Origin: Malacoraja senta
Lineage: Eukaryota
Assembly: GCA_038087875.1 (NCBI GenBank)
Contig: CM075986.1
Location: forward strand, 17,670,001 to 17,734,000
Direction of reading: 5' to 3'
DNA: 64,000 bases
The notes under the pieces are model-generated. The model was not told the origin of the DNA, made no database searches, and saw only the letters and a list, made by a program, of their open reading frames with translations. Below are positions 50,361 to 63,026 of this stretch, in pieces; position 1 is the first letter of the stretch, and every line of letters starts with the position of its first letter. The position numbers were made by a program, and so were the translations under genes.

Positions 50361-51154
50361 AAACTTTCAGGTCGCCAGTCTAAAGAAAGGTCCCCACCTG
50401 AAACGTCACCTGTCTATGTTCTTCTGAGATGTTACATGACCTGCTGAGTTATTTCAGTACTTTGTGGGGGTTTTTCATTGAATATAATATGCAATCTCCA
50501 TATTGACCATTTTATTATTGAAGTTATAGACAGTGTTAGGGTAATACAATAAATAATAAAATAATAAAACAATGTAAAGGAAAACTCAGTGGAACTCCCT
50601 TCCCTGAGCAAAAACAGCAACATTGATTATTCTCTCCCCAGCGTGTGTGGTTGCAAATCGCAATCTATTTCGGGCGACTGGCCTCTTGCCTTTGAATGCT
50701 CAGATGAGATGATGCAACCAGTGGTTTGTCTGTAGTGGTGAAGGAGTCATGTACCTTGCATGTCTGGATTGCAAGTCTTGGCAATGGGCAGTTTTGTCAG
50801 CAGTCCCCTCATTGTTGTGGCTAGATCAGTGTGGGAAGTCTCTGGCTGTCTGTCAGTGGAGCTTGGAACAGCAGGAGTCCTCCTTCAACTTGATAAAATG
50901 CCCTATTTGGGAGAACATGCAATCTCCACATAGAGAGCACCAGAGATTAGATCTGAACCAGGGTCAATGGAGATATGGCACAGCAACATTACTGCACAGT
51001 CACCAGAAGGTTGACCGAAGGATGATGATAACTACCATTGGTTTAGTTCCTGCTATCCTTCTTATCTTACTCACATTAGCATCCCGCCCTCACATGGTCT
51101 ACCCACAGTCTGGCAGGGCTTCTAAGCAAACTTAGAACTGGAACCAGGTTAACT

Positions 51155-51592
51155 ACTTGTTTACCATTGACTCCATCCACACATCGCCCTGCCTCGGAAA
51201 ATCAGCCAACAGAATCAAAGACTTGACCCACCCTGGTCATTCCTTCTTCTCCTGGCTCCTATCAGGGAAAAGATACAGAAGCTTGAAAGTGTGCACCACC
51301 ATATTCAGGAATGGTTTATTCCCCTGTATTATCAGGCTCCTGAATGGTCCTTCCATAAGCTGGGCTACTGTCCTTTACCCCATTCTGGACAATTGGACTT
51401 TGTCTTTGGAACTGTTGCGCTATAGCGCTGAGAACTAGATTCTGCACTCTGTGTCTTCCCCTTTGTTTTACCTATTGAGTATGACTTGATTGTACTTATA
51501 TTGTCTGATCCGATTCAATAGCATGCAAAACAAAGCTCTTCACTATATCTCGGTAGACCTGACAATAATAAACCTAACTCTAAACCTAAACC
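51155..51592 (+). mobile_element. Rex1/Babar-type LINE 3' fragment (similar at ~53025-53480 + and ~54260-54710 -)
   Basis: IDSIHTSPCLGKSANRIKDLTHPGHSFFSWLLSGKRYRSLK...IIRLLNG; TGACAATAATAAAC tail. Confidence 0.8.
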
Positions 51593-54146
51593 AATGACAG
51601 CTCTCACCCTCCTTTTCTCAACCTTCTGGTGACTACGCATGTGATATTGCTGTGCCATAGCTTCAGTTCCAGCCGCTGGTATTTCTCGTGTGGAGATTGC
51701 ATGCTCTCACACTTTCCACCAAATGCTCTGGTTTCTTCCACAATCCAAAAACCTTCTGCGTGGCAGATTAATTGAGTATTAAGATCTGGAGGGAATTGAT
51801 GGTACTGTTCGAAAAATAAGATGGGTTAGTAGGATTAGTGTAAATGGGTGCTTGATGGTTGGCATGACTTTTGATGGGCTAAAGTTTCCATGTTGTATGA
51901 TTTTTATGAATATATAACTCTAAAAATCAAATCCTTTGTATCAAACCATAAAACATCTCTGTTTGCCGTAGGCATAAATTATTGGATCCAATTCCAGAGA
52001 CATTTCTCTAACAATGAGTAATTGTTTGGATTCTATCATGTGCATACCATGTGTCTAAATGTCTGTAGAGTCCTTACGCATAAAGATAACACGAGTGTAA
52101 CAGTGTTTAGATTTTTTTCTTGGAGTAAATCGAGCAACATGGGACAGTAAACTTAAATTGCATTGATTTAAATCCAATCGAACTGAGAAACCAGGTGATT
52201 GCTGTCAGAGGAGGATTAATCTATGGCACTCTCTGAATCGGTAAGCAAAAAAGTGCTGGAGGAACTCAGCGGGTCAGGCAGCATCTATGGAGGGAAATGG
52301 GCAGATGATGTCTGAAGAGATCCTGACCCAAAACATGACTGTCCTTTTCCCTTTACAGATACTGCCTGATCTTCTGAGTTCCTCCAGCATTTTGTTATTT
52401 CCTCAATATTCCAGCATCTGCAGTCTCTTGCCTTTGAATCAGTGAGGATAGATTCAGGCCCCAGGTCTATTGTTGAGCTCACAAATGCAGTGATGTATGA
52501 GGGGAGTGTTGATAGGTTTCAAAATGCACTGCAGTTACTCAACTGGGCAACCGTCAAAACACTTCTCAAACCTGGAAGTTCTACACCAAGAATGAAAAGA
52601 ACTTCAGGTACATGTACATCATGATCCACAATTTCCCCTTTAACATTGCCTTTGTCCATTATCACAGTGTTTACATTTTGGAACCCCATTCCCAGAAGGA
52701 TTTCAATTGTTCAAGAGGGTGGCTTCACACCAACTTTTCAACGGTCCATTAGCATTGATTAAAAAACGTTGGCTTCCCTATATTATTAGAATAATAATCC
52801 CCATATTATTAGCAAAGTACATTTCTGTCATGCTTTCCTCAATGCAGTAAATAGTATAAGACCTCGACATTACTAAAACCATAATAATTTTTTTGTGTGC
52901 TAAAAAACGTAAAATTTCACAATATTTTTCCTTCACATCAGTTTATGAGTTCAGGTGTCTTGAAAATGATTCCACTGTTCACCCCTATATATTCAAATTC
53001 TTTCTCATATCCACTTTGATACACACCACTTGTTCTACTTGTAAACACAGCCCAGTCCATCACCCAGGACAGGCTCCCCTCCCCATCGACTCCATCTACA
53101 CGCTGCCTTGAGAAAGCAGCCAACATGTTTAAGGACCACTCAAGCTCTGGTCATTCCCTTTTCTCTTCTCTCCTGTTGGGCAGAAGATATAAAAGCTTGA
53201 AAGCATGTACCACCAGATTCAAGAACAACTTTGTCCCCTTTAATATCAAATTCTTGAATGAAACGTTTGATAACTAAGGATGAATTCCTGCTCTTCCCAT
53301 CTACCTCTTGTGGCTCTTGCATTTTTTTATTTGCACTTTCTTTGTAGCAGTACACTATATTCTGAAATCTGTTTGTTTTCTCTGGTGCATTACTCATGCA
53401 TTGTATGATTTGCCTGGACAGCTCATAAATCTAAGTTTTTCCCCTATAATTTGGTACACGTGACAATAATAAACCAATTATTCAACCATTTACTATTATT
53501 CAGCAAAATATTTTGTTACATAACGTGTTGAAGTGTGATGCGTTGTGAACTTAAACTAATTTCTAAAAAGATCAGGATTGCTCACAAAATGCGGTTTACT
53601 TCAATTATCAATAAACATATCACAATATGTTTTTTGACAGGAATGAAATGAAATCTATAAACTAAACTTTTCCTTCAACAATTGAATTCAATTAGTTTCC
53701 TAATCCACAGGGTGTGACCGACTCTGCTAATTTACAAGACACATACATGCAAGAGCTAGTCTTATCTCTTTTCAACCACTGTAACATAGGAGGTGGTGCA
53801 TTTGCAGAACTGATCACGTTTACTTGAAATGTATCTATCATTTGATAATAATAAATGGGTGGTCAAACCAGGTAGAGAAATAAAGATTAGAACACTAATG
53901 CAGAGGAATCATAATAATTAAAAGTCAGTTATACTTAAACCCAGCAAAACTTCCAATAGTACTAATGTGTCCTTATGATTGTCCAACCACAGTTACTGCT
54001 CAACCACTTAATTGCTTTTCACACCAAAAGGTTAAAAATATCTTTATTTCAAGAATGTGCTGAATATTTTGTCTGCCTCCAGAAATAGTTTAAGTTTAGA
54101 CTGAGAAAGAATAGTTTTTTATACAATAAATTGGGTGTTACGATAA

Positions 54147-54182
54147 GGGTCTGAAGAAGGGTCTCGACCCGAAACGTCACCC
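54147..54182 (+). ncRNA. Minimal type I hammerhead ribozyme motif (PLE-type), best-formed copy
   Basis: GGGT-CTGAAGA-A-GGGT(CTCG)ACCC-GAAA-CG-TC|ACCC: helix I GGGT/ACCC, intact core, 4-bp helix II, palindromic ACGT in place of helix III. Activity not demonstrated. Confidence 0.75.
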
Positions 54183-54710
54183 ATTCCTTCTATCCAGAGG
54201 AGCTGCCTGTCCAGCTGAGTTACTCCAGCTGTTTGTGTCTATCCTCATATCATTGGTCAGTATTAGTTTATTATTGTCACATTTACCAAGATACAGTGAG
54301 AGGTTTGTATTTGTATGCTATCCTGTCAGATCAAAATATGCATGAGTACAATCAAGCCATGCACAACTACAACAGGTAGTCAAAAGAGAAAAAATACCAC
54401 AGTGCAGAATATAGTGTTACAGCATTACAGTTAAAGAGAAAAGGTCCAAGATGCACAAGGTTGGAAGATCAGGATTACACACTCTGGTTTATGCGATGAT
54501 CTGCTAACAGTGGGGAATAATCTGGTGGTACATACTTTTGTATCCTCTGCCTAATGGGAGAGGGGGGATGACCCTGGTGTGAGTTGTTCTTGATTATGTG
54601 GACTGCTGCTTTCCTGAGGCAGCGTGGAAGTGCAGATGGAGAGTCAGTGGGGGGGTGGGGGAGCAAAGCTCTTGCTCTGGTGTTCACAGATACAGGATCT
54701 TTGCTGGTTG

Positions 54711-54861
54711 NNNNNNNNNNNNNNNNNNNNNNNNNNNNNNNNNNNNNNNNNNNNNNNNNNNNNNNNNNNNNNNNNNNNNNNNNNNNNNNNNNNNNNNNNN
54801 NNNNNNNNNNNNNNNNNNNNNNNNNNNNNNNNNNNNNNNNNNNNNNNNNNNNNNNNNNNNN
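54711..54861. other. Assembly gap over the probable ATP6V0A1 core promoter
   Basis: Run of N. Confidence 1.
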
Positions 54862-55120
54862 CGGAATGGGGCTGAGACGTGACGGCGCCCGCGCGCCGCC
54901 GCAGTTGAGCGGTGACGAGATCAGCTGATGCAGCGGCGGCCGAGGTAAAGGTAAATGTTGTCTCGTCGTCCATCCGCGCCTCGCTCACCCACCCACCCAC
55001 CCACTGTCCGTGTGTCCGTCCGCAGCGACCAGACGATGATGTGAAGCGGCCGGGGGCGCTTCGGGGGCAACGAACGTGTGGGGTGAAGGGACGAGCGGCG
55101 ACGGGGTTGGGGCTGAGGGG
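54862..55120 (+). promoter_or_regulatory. ATP6V0A1: CpG-rich promoter-proximal region and probable non-coding first exon of ATP6V0A1 (donor after 54944 or 54950)
   Basis: Non-repetitive CpG-dense patch upstream of the ATG exon, which itself has a splice acceptor. Donors GAG|GTAAAG and AAG|GTAAAT. CLEAR-like GACGTGAC at 54876 and palindrome ATCAGCTGAT at 54920. The 5' side is lost in an N gap. Confidence 0.7.
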
Positions 55121-55159
55121 CTGGGGGGAGAAGTGACAGGCCCGGCCCGGCCCGGCCCA

Positions 55160-55614
55160 GGGGAGTGGGTGACAGGCCCGGACCGGGGGAGTGGGTGACA
55201 GACCCGGCCCAGGGGAGTGGGTGACAGACCCAGCCCGGGGGAGTGGGTGACAGACCCGGCCCAGGGGAGTGGGCGACAGACCCAGCCCGGGGGAGTGGGT
55301 GACAGACCCAGCCCAGGGGAGTGGGTGACAGACCCGGCCCGGGGGAGTGGGTGACAGACCCGGACCGGGGGAGTGGGTGACAGACCCGGACCGGGGGAGT
55401 GGGTGACAGACCCGGACCGGGGGAGTGGGTGACAGACCCGGACCGGGGGAGTGGGTGACAGACCCGGACCGGGGGAGTGGGTGACAGACCCGGACCGCGG
55501 GGAGTGGGTGACAGGCCCGGACCGGGGGAGTGGGTGACAGACCCGGACCGGGGGAGTGGGTGACAGACCCGGACCGGGGGAGTGGGTGACAGACCCGGAC
55601 CGCGGGAGTGGGTG
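55160..55614. repeat. 26-bp G-rich minisatellite (GGGGGAGTGGGTGACAGACCCGGACC), ~17-18 copies
   Basis: Directly visible tandem array with variants; degenerate flanks from ~55124 and to ~55840. Confidence 0.95.
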
Positions 55615-56257
55615 GATGCCGAGCGACAGAGGATGGGTGACAGGATCAGGGGAGTGGGTGACGGGCACGGCCCCGGGGCCTGGAGGATGGGCGGGCGGGC
55701 GGGCGGGGAGTGTCAGGTCCGGGGGACGAGTCACGGGCCCGGGGTGGGGGTGGAATGACAGGGGAGTGGGTAACAGGGCCAAGGGAGGGGGTGTCGGGCC
55801 CGTCCCGGGGTGTCAGGTACGGGAGATGGGGTGTCGGGCCTGGAGAAGAGAGCGACAGACTTATTCTGACCCCCCCCCCTCTTCGATTCACCTGTCAAAT
55901 AATTCAGGTTTAAACGACAGAGGCAATGTCTTGTCAATTATAGATGTCCATTCAGTGAGCTGGTGGTAATGCTAGAATCGTTTGTAGTCTGCATTGGTGA
56001 AGGTGCCAGTTACATAAATACAAAAATGTTGTTTATGAAATCCTACTTGTAAATGTAAAAGAAAATTAGAAATGCCAGAAACATTCATCGGGTGGAGAAT
56101 TTTTTTTGAGGTTTCAGGCCTGTGATCTATCATCAGAACTAAAATGAGTGAGAAACAATTTTGGTTACGTGGAAGGAGGGTGATGACATAAAAAAGAATG
56201 TCTTTGAAAGGGTGGGGATGCAAAGCGAATTAGCAAGAAGGTATGATCATTGCAGCT

Positions 56258-56608
56258 GTTTAAGAAAGAACTGCAGATGCTGGAAAAATTTAAGGTAGAT
56301 TATCCAGCATCCGCAGTTCTTCCTTAAACAAGTGCTGGAGTGGCTCAGCGGGTCAGGAAGCATCTCTGGCGAACAAGGATAGGATGATGTTTTGGGTCGG
56401 GACCCTTCCTCAGAGTTAAAGGGTTATCTGTGGCTGGGGTTCTCTCCCTCTCTCCTTTTTCTCTCTTTGCCACACCAAATGTTAGAATCACTCCTCTTTA
56501 GCACCCCTGGAGGTCTATCAAATCTGAAGAAGGGTCCCGACCCGAAACGTTGCCTATTCCTTCTCTCCAAAGATGCTGCCTCACCCGCTGAGTTTCTCCA
56601 GCATTTTT
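56258..56608. mobile_element. Composite Penelope-like insertion (tail hairpin + arm + ~110-nt filler + arm) in ATP6V0A1 intron 1
   Basis: Flanked by TGATCATTGCAGCT (56244-56257) and TGATAATTGCAGCT (56609-56622). Confidence 0.7.
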
Positions 56609-59499
56609 TGATAATTGCAGCTCGTCTGTTTGGAGAGGATGTGACTAGAGGAGATGACTGAATAGAGAAGAGGCCTCAGGATACTTTTCTTTCTCTCTCT
56701 TTCTGATTCACCCAGGTTCCCTTCTACGCACCCTTCCTTCCACCACGGCCCCGTTACACAGGTGATTTCCTCTTTCCCCATTTACTTCCATCTACTTATC
56801 AACAACACACTGAACCCGCTGGTTTTCTCCCATTCTCCCTGTACTCTTCCCATTTGCCCATCATCCCTCAATTATCTGGTTCCACGTCTTCTCATATTCT
56901 GTAATCTGTGCCGCCAGTTACAATTTATTGCCATCAAGACTGTCACTATCTCTACTCTTGCTTCTGGTACCTGGCTCCATCTGCCTATCAATCCCCCCGC
57001 TCACCAGGATTTGCCTTTCGCTTGCCAGCTTCTGCCTCATCCACTCTATTACCTCTTCATACTGGCTATCCTTTTACAATCTCAGTCCTGGCGCAGTGCC
57101 TCAACCCAAAATGTCTACCAAACCATTTGCTTGCTCGAATGCTTCCTGATCTACCGAGTTCCTCCAGCTTGCTTTTTGCTTGAGATTCCAGCGTCTGCAG
57201 TCTGTTATGTCTGCATCGTGTTAAATGTTGAATGTTAATGCTTGTAGAATGCTCAGGCGGAAAATTAGATTATTTTCTTCAAGCATATATTGGGCTTTGG
57301 TGTATAATGGAGGTCAGCAAGAGTTCAGAATGGGATTGGATAATTGATGACTGATAGCTGGAAGCTTTGTCCTTTTTCATTGTTATTTGGATGCGTTTGT
57401 CTATATTATTTGTATTTTCAGCATTGAAAGTGTCACTAATGTAAATTTAAACATAATCAGATACAGCAAAATGCAGAAATGCAATGATTTAAAATTTGTG
57501 CTATTTGAAATGTTGTTTTAGTATTTGAAATAAGTTCCGAACTAAACAATAAAATGGGGACACGAGACTACAGGTTCTGAAATCTTGAGCAAAAAAAAGA
57601 CAGCTGGAGGAATTCAGCAGCTTGGGCAGTATCTGTGGAAGGAGATGGTATTTTAGGTCAGGATTCTTTTTCGCCTAACCATTTTCCTCCACAGATGCTG
57701 CCTGACTCACTGAGTTCCTTTTTTTTCCAAACTATACATTCACTTTGTGCCAAGAACACCTGCATTTAGTTCTAATATTACCTGTTTTTGTCTCTCAGCC
57801 ATCTTATCTGCCAAAATATTCACCTCTGTTCTTGCTGGACCTATTCTGCTTCATTGCAGACAGACTGATCATCCTCACTCACCTGGGCTGGAAGCCGAAG
57901 GCTGATTTCATTGTCTGTCCTTGGAATTATGTGGGAGATCTCAATAGTGGCTTTATTTCTGGCAGAATAATGTAGAAATCCCACTCTCAGAATTTTCTCT
58001 CAAGCTTTGACAGAAAGCAAAGCTAGGGGTGAGGATCTTTGTCAAGGTTGTCAAGGATTTAATTTTTTTTTAATGTCTTTGTCATTCAAGGATGTTTATG
58101 AAAGCATTTCATAACCCATTTATATCAAACCAAATTGTTAAAAAAATAAAACTTTAGATTAGAAAACCATAGAACAAATACATAAAAGAATATAACATTC
58201 CCCTTTGCTGACCTAATCCTCACGTTTGGAATATGCTTTGAAATTAAAAAAGGTCTCCAATCCAATGCCATGTCTGAGCTGGCGTGGAATCCAAGTTGCT
58301 GTTTTCCTGGTGCAATCTAAGTTGATATGTTCAGATGTTTGAGACTTTTTGAAGATTTGGCAGTTGATAATTACTAATCTCTATTTCCAGACAGCACAAT
58401 TTGTCTTGTTATCTCCTGACTTGATTACTCCAGTCTCACTTCCCTCTTTCCTCTTATACCCATTTTATCTCTGGCGTTTATATACTAACATAACATGCTC
58501 TCTTCAATCATCAATCTTGAGTTACCTTGCCTATTTTGACCCCTGATATTTCAATGCCTGAGCTGTACATTTGTCAAATCCCTGGCCTTCTCGTTCTGGC
58601 TACTTGTACATCCGCCAATTTTAATCACTTGTTTTGACTAACATGTTTTCTAAGGCCAAGGTCATCAGCCCTGCAGTTTTTCCCCAAAGCTTCACTGTCA
58701 CTATACCTTTTATATCCTTTAGATTTTAATGTTCTTCCTGTGACTATGTTTCATTGAGGTGCTCCGTTTGCCCCCAGATCCCAAAGATGTGTGCGGATTC
58801 ATAGGTAAATTATCCGCTGGAATTTGCCACTTATTGTATTAGGTGAGAAGTAGAATCTGGGGAAAACTGATGGAAATGTGGGGAGAATAAAATGGGTTAG
58901 GATAAAATTGTTGTAAAAATAGGCGTTTGATGAACAGTGGGCCGGAGGGCCTGTTTCTGTACAGTAATTCTCTGTCACTAGCATGCTCACTAAAGCCTGC
59001 TTTTAGATCAAACTATGGGCCATCTGTTCCAATATTTCCTTAAACCTCTGCAAAATGTTATTTGATGTTTGGTGTGATGTCTTTTAACTACATTAACATA
59101 TTTGTGCAAAGGATGTGGTTATAGTAACCTAGTAATGCTTCCTGTGAAGAAAACGTATGGTAAAACAATGGCAAATTTATATAATTTACACATGAATTAG
59201 TTAATATCGATATATTGCAGTCAAATATGTAAACAATTTTACAGTTCAGTGTTTTACCATTGCAAAATTAAAGTAAGGTATACATGACAGAATATGTACA
59301 TTTAAAATTTAATACCAGGTGTAAGCATTCATAGGATTATGTAAATGTTATGTAATTTATTGAAATTTTCAAGCACAAGCAGAATCATATGGCATTAAAA
59401 AGTGTTGCAGCAATTAATAGTGAAAAGCTCAAGTTGCAGGGCAGGTAACTTGTTTGAATAATAATAATAGAATCATCCACACTAAGTACACGGACAAGT

Positions 59500-60545
59500 C
59501 ACGAGTGTTTAGTTGTCAATTCACCAGGAACAGAACAATGGCATTTTACTTGAAGCTTTTAAAGGCACATTAACAAATAACACAACAAATAATTTATTGT
59601 ATTTTTGTTTATTATACATTTATCGGTTATACTAGGTAACCAGACCACTATAATGCAAATGTATCTAGTGCAACCAATACAAAGTCCACAGTGTTGCTGA
59701 GGTAGGGTTGTGGCTAGGATTGTCTAGTGTGCTTCAAAAGCCTGATGGTTGTTGATGGGGTGAAGCTGTTCTTGAACCTGAAGGTAACAGTACTTATGCT
59801 TCTGTGCCTTCTTCCTGATGGTAGCAGCAAGATAAAAGCATGGCCATGGAGGTGTGGATCTTTGGTGATTAGCTGCCTTCATGAGGCAGCACTTCTTGTA
59901 GATCCCTTTGATGTGATGGTCAGTAGCCGTGATGGACTGAACAAATTCCACCACTTTCTGCACCATTTCTGAGCGTTTGGGATACCAGTGTGCTCTCAAC
60001 CACACATCTGAAGAAGCTTGAGAGAGCATTCAGCAACATGCCGAATCTCTTCAAACGTCTGAGCAAGGAGAGTTATTGATGAGCTTTCTTTGCGATTGCA
60101 TCATTTTGCTGGGCCGAGGACAGATCTTCAGAGTTGTGCATGCCCTGAAACGTGAAGCTGTTGACTCCACTGTTGTCCCACCGATGAAGTCAGGCTTGTG
60201 GATCCCTGGCCTTCTCTTCCTGAAGTCAGCATCAGTTCCTTGGTCATGCTGGAGTTGAGAGCAAAACTGCTCTGGCACCACTCAACCAGATTATCAATCT
60301 CCCTCTGGTACTCTGACTCATTGTTACCCTTATTCATTCAACAGCAGTGGTATGGTTGGTGAATTTAAAGATGGCATAGGAGCTGTTTCTGGAAACATAG
60401 TTGTGGGTATAGAGCGAGTAGAGCAAAGGGTTGAGCATGCAGACTTGAGATGCCCCTGTGCTCATGGTCAGGGAGGATATGTTGGCAATTTGTATTGATT
60501 GATGTGGATAAGGAAGTTGAGGACCCAGTTGCAAAGGGAAGGGGA
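59500..60545 (-). mobile_element. Decayed Rex1/Babar-type LINE (RT core to 3' end)
   Basis: STGASQVCMLNPLLYSLYTHN...IFKFTNHTT, ESEYQREIDNLVEWCQ...LNSSMTKELM, IKGIYKKCCLMKAA motifs in broken frames. Confidence 0.8.
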
Positions 60546-60795
60546 GACTCCGTTTCTGAATTTGATTATAGGTTCAGAGGAGATTTTTTTTTAAAAGAAT
60601 CATGTACATAAAGTATCCGAGTACCGCATTTCATTGATTGAAATCTGACATTATTTTGTCACTGTACTTAAGTATTTTGTAAGTTTGTCTGTTGTCGATA
60701 AATCTATTTTCCTTGATTTATTTTAGAAAGAAAGCGGACAGCATTTATTGAAAATAGTTGGTACCTCTGCAGTGATCCACCTCGAGTGATCCACC

Positions 60796-60912
60796 ATGGG
60801 GGAGCTTTTCCGGAGTGAAGAGATGACGCTGGCACAGCTTTTCCTACAGTCAGAAGCTGCTTACTGTTGTGTCAGTGAGCTGGGAGAGCTTGGAATGGTT
60901 CAGTTTCGAGAT
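60796..60912 (+). CDS. ATP6V0A1: V-type proton ATPase subunit a1, first coding exon ([39 protein letters not shown])
   Basis: CCACCATGG Kozak; 117 nt coding; donor GAT|GTAAGT; upstream acceptor TTTTAG ending 60726 (exon probably starts 60727). Confidence 0.97.
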
Positions 60913-60934
60913 GTAAGTTGATGCAATCTATTGC

Positions 60935-61745
60935 AAGTTCAAGTTCAAATTTATTGTCACATACACCAATTGGTACAGTGATATTTGAGTTACCATACAG
61001 TCATAGAAATAAAAAGAACACAATACACGATAGAGTTTAACATTAACATCCACCACAGCGGAATCTACGTTTCCCACTGTGATGGAAGGCAATAAAGTTC
61101 AGTCATCTTCCTCTTTGGTAACCTGTGGTCGGGGCCTTTGAACCCTCCGCAGTCGCCACTACCGATGGCCCGATGTACAGGCCCTCTCGCCGGGATGATC
61201 GAAACTCCGACATCGGAACGGATCGGAACACTCACGGCTTGGAGTTTCCAAATCGGCTGGTTCTTACCGGAGACCGCGGCTTCCGAAGTCCACAGGCCGA
61301 GCTGGGCGGAGCTCCAACACTGGCAATCCCCAGCAAAAGATCCCAGGCCTCCACGATGTTAAAATCAGTGCCCGCGGCTAGAAACTCCGCAAACCACAGC
61401 TCCACGATGTTAAAGTCAGCAGGCGCAACACTCCGGGCTCCAACACAGGCGATCCCCGGCAAGGCATCGCCTGCTCCGCGATCTTAATTCAGTGCTGCGC
61501 TGCTGCTGAAGGTCTGGCAGGTCTCCGGTAGGAAAGGCCGCACCAATCCAGTTGGTAGGCCGCGAGGGGGTTTTGAAGATGCAACAAGGAGAAAAGACGC
61601 ATCTCCGTCCAGGTAAGTGACTGGGAAATGTTTTCCCCCTAATCCCCTCCACCACCTCCCACATAAGACACACTAAGAAACATTTAAAACATACAATTAG
61701 ACACATTAAAAATAACAAAAAAGGTGAAAGGACTAACAGCTGCTG
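60935..61745 (-). mobile_element. GC/CpG-rich non-autonomous retroposon-like repeat (same family as 44630-45442) in ATP6V0A1 intron
   Basis: TTTATTGTCACATACACCAATTGGT at ~60950, GTAGGCCGCGAG at ~61555, (AAGTTC)n tail. Confidence 0.65.
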
Positions 61746-62488
61746 GTGAGCTTATGTGATAAAAAATGAATGTGTGCCACCTTACTGTTCATGTGAACCT
61801 GACATCGTCATCTTGCTAATTAAAAGTACCCAATGTACTTGGAGGTTAGTTTACTTTATAGTGTGCTTAACGTTTGAGTAATGGGTTTGGATGCTAGCTT
61901 GCTTTATATATGCATTATTGCGTTGCCTAGAGTTTTTGAACTGACTATTTCAGTCCTCACCAGCCTGGCAAAATATTATGGATAATGTTGGTCTTTGTTG
62001 TGAATACATTAAATTCCAGTTTACTTATGGCAAACTGAAATAGAGTTTCATTTCATTAGTATTTATAAATTCCTAATTTTTCATTTCTTTGATATCCAGG
62101 TGTTACAAAGTATTTATCACTGAAATAATGTATTTAGAACCTTCTAGTCTGTAGATAGTTGTCTCGGGTCAGGTGCCGAGACATTTGCAAAGAGCAATTT
62201 TATATTGACCTTTATGTGCATTTTTTAGTTGCAATAGTGATCAGGTGTCTGTTTGCTGCACCTACCCTAATGTATTTGATAATGTCTGCTGTGGGGAATC
62301 TGTATTTTTTAATTCATTCTGTTTATATAGAACCTGCAACCACTGTATTCCGCAGATCTTCCCTGAGATTAACAGAATATTAAAATGTGCATTTGAGTTT
62401 AGTAAATCAAATATTCTGCAAAACAGTAAATTGTAAAAGTGTGACAGAAATTCACTGAGGAAGTTGTTAATTTTCTTCCTCCGTACAG

Positions 62489-62567
62489 TTAAATCCGGAT
62501 GTGAATGTATTTCAACGCAAATTTGTAAATGAAGTTCGTCGTTGTGAAGAAATGGATCGCAAACTCC
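62489..62567 (+). CDS. ATP6V0A1: ATP6V0A1 second coding exon (LNPDVNVFQRKFVNEVRRCEEMDRKL)
   Basis: Polypyrimidine tract + TACAG acceptor, 79 nt, GTGAGT donor; frame continuous with neighbouring exons. Confidence 0.97.
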
Positions 62568-62928
62568 GTGAGTGTTTTAATGCATTTGAGAGGTTTTTGT
62601 TGTCTCTTTACAGTATTAAAAGGAGAATATTGGGGATGTTGCCATGTAGTTATTATCTATGATGTTCCATTTCTTTATATTTGAAATAACCTGGACATAG
62701 CAATCTACAACTCTTCAAATTCCTTTTCATTTAAAGAACCTTAACATTTAGAAAAATATTTACGCACCAAAATGTTATTTCTCTTGAAGGGAACTTTTTA
62801 ACAGCAGGAATGAGCTTAGGAATAAAGAGCAACTCAAGTTTTGGTTACTGCTGGACAATCTATCTTTTGGTTTGAATGCATATCGGACAATGTACATTTA
62901 CTTCGAATTTGTTTTATTTTAATTTCAG

Positions 62929-63026
62929 GTTTTGTTGAAAAGGAAATTCGAAAAGCAAACCTTGCCATTTTGGACACTGGAGAGAATCCTGAGGTTCCTT
63001 TTCCTCGTGACATGATTGATTTAGAG
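62929..63026 (+). CDS. ATP6V0A1: ATP6V0A1 third coding exon (FVEKEIRKANLAILDTGENPEVPFPRDMIDLE)
   Basis: TTTCAG acceptor, 98 nt, GAG|GTAAGC donor; completes the split Arg codon. Confidence 0.97.

Noticed and set aside
54985-55782. 265-aa proline-rich ORF; array as a possible CRISPR
   Set aside because: Translation of the 26-bp minisatellite; units are contiguous with no unique spacers, and the DNA is eukaryotic.
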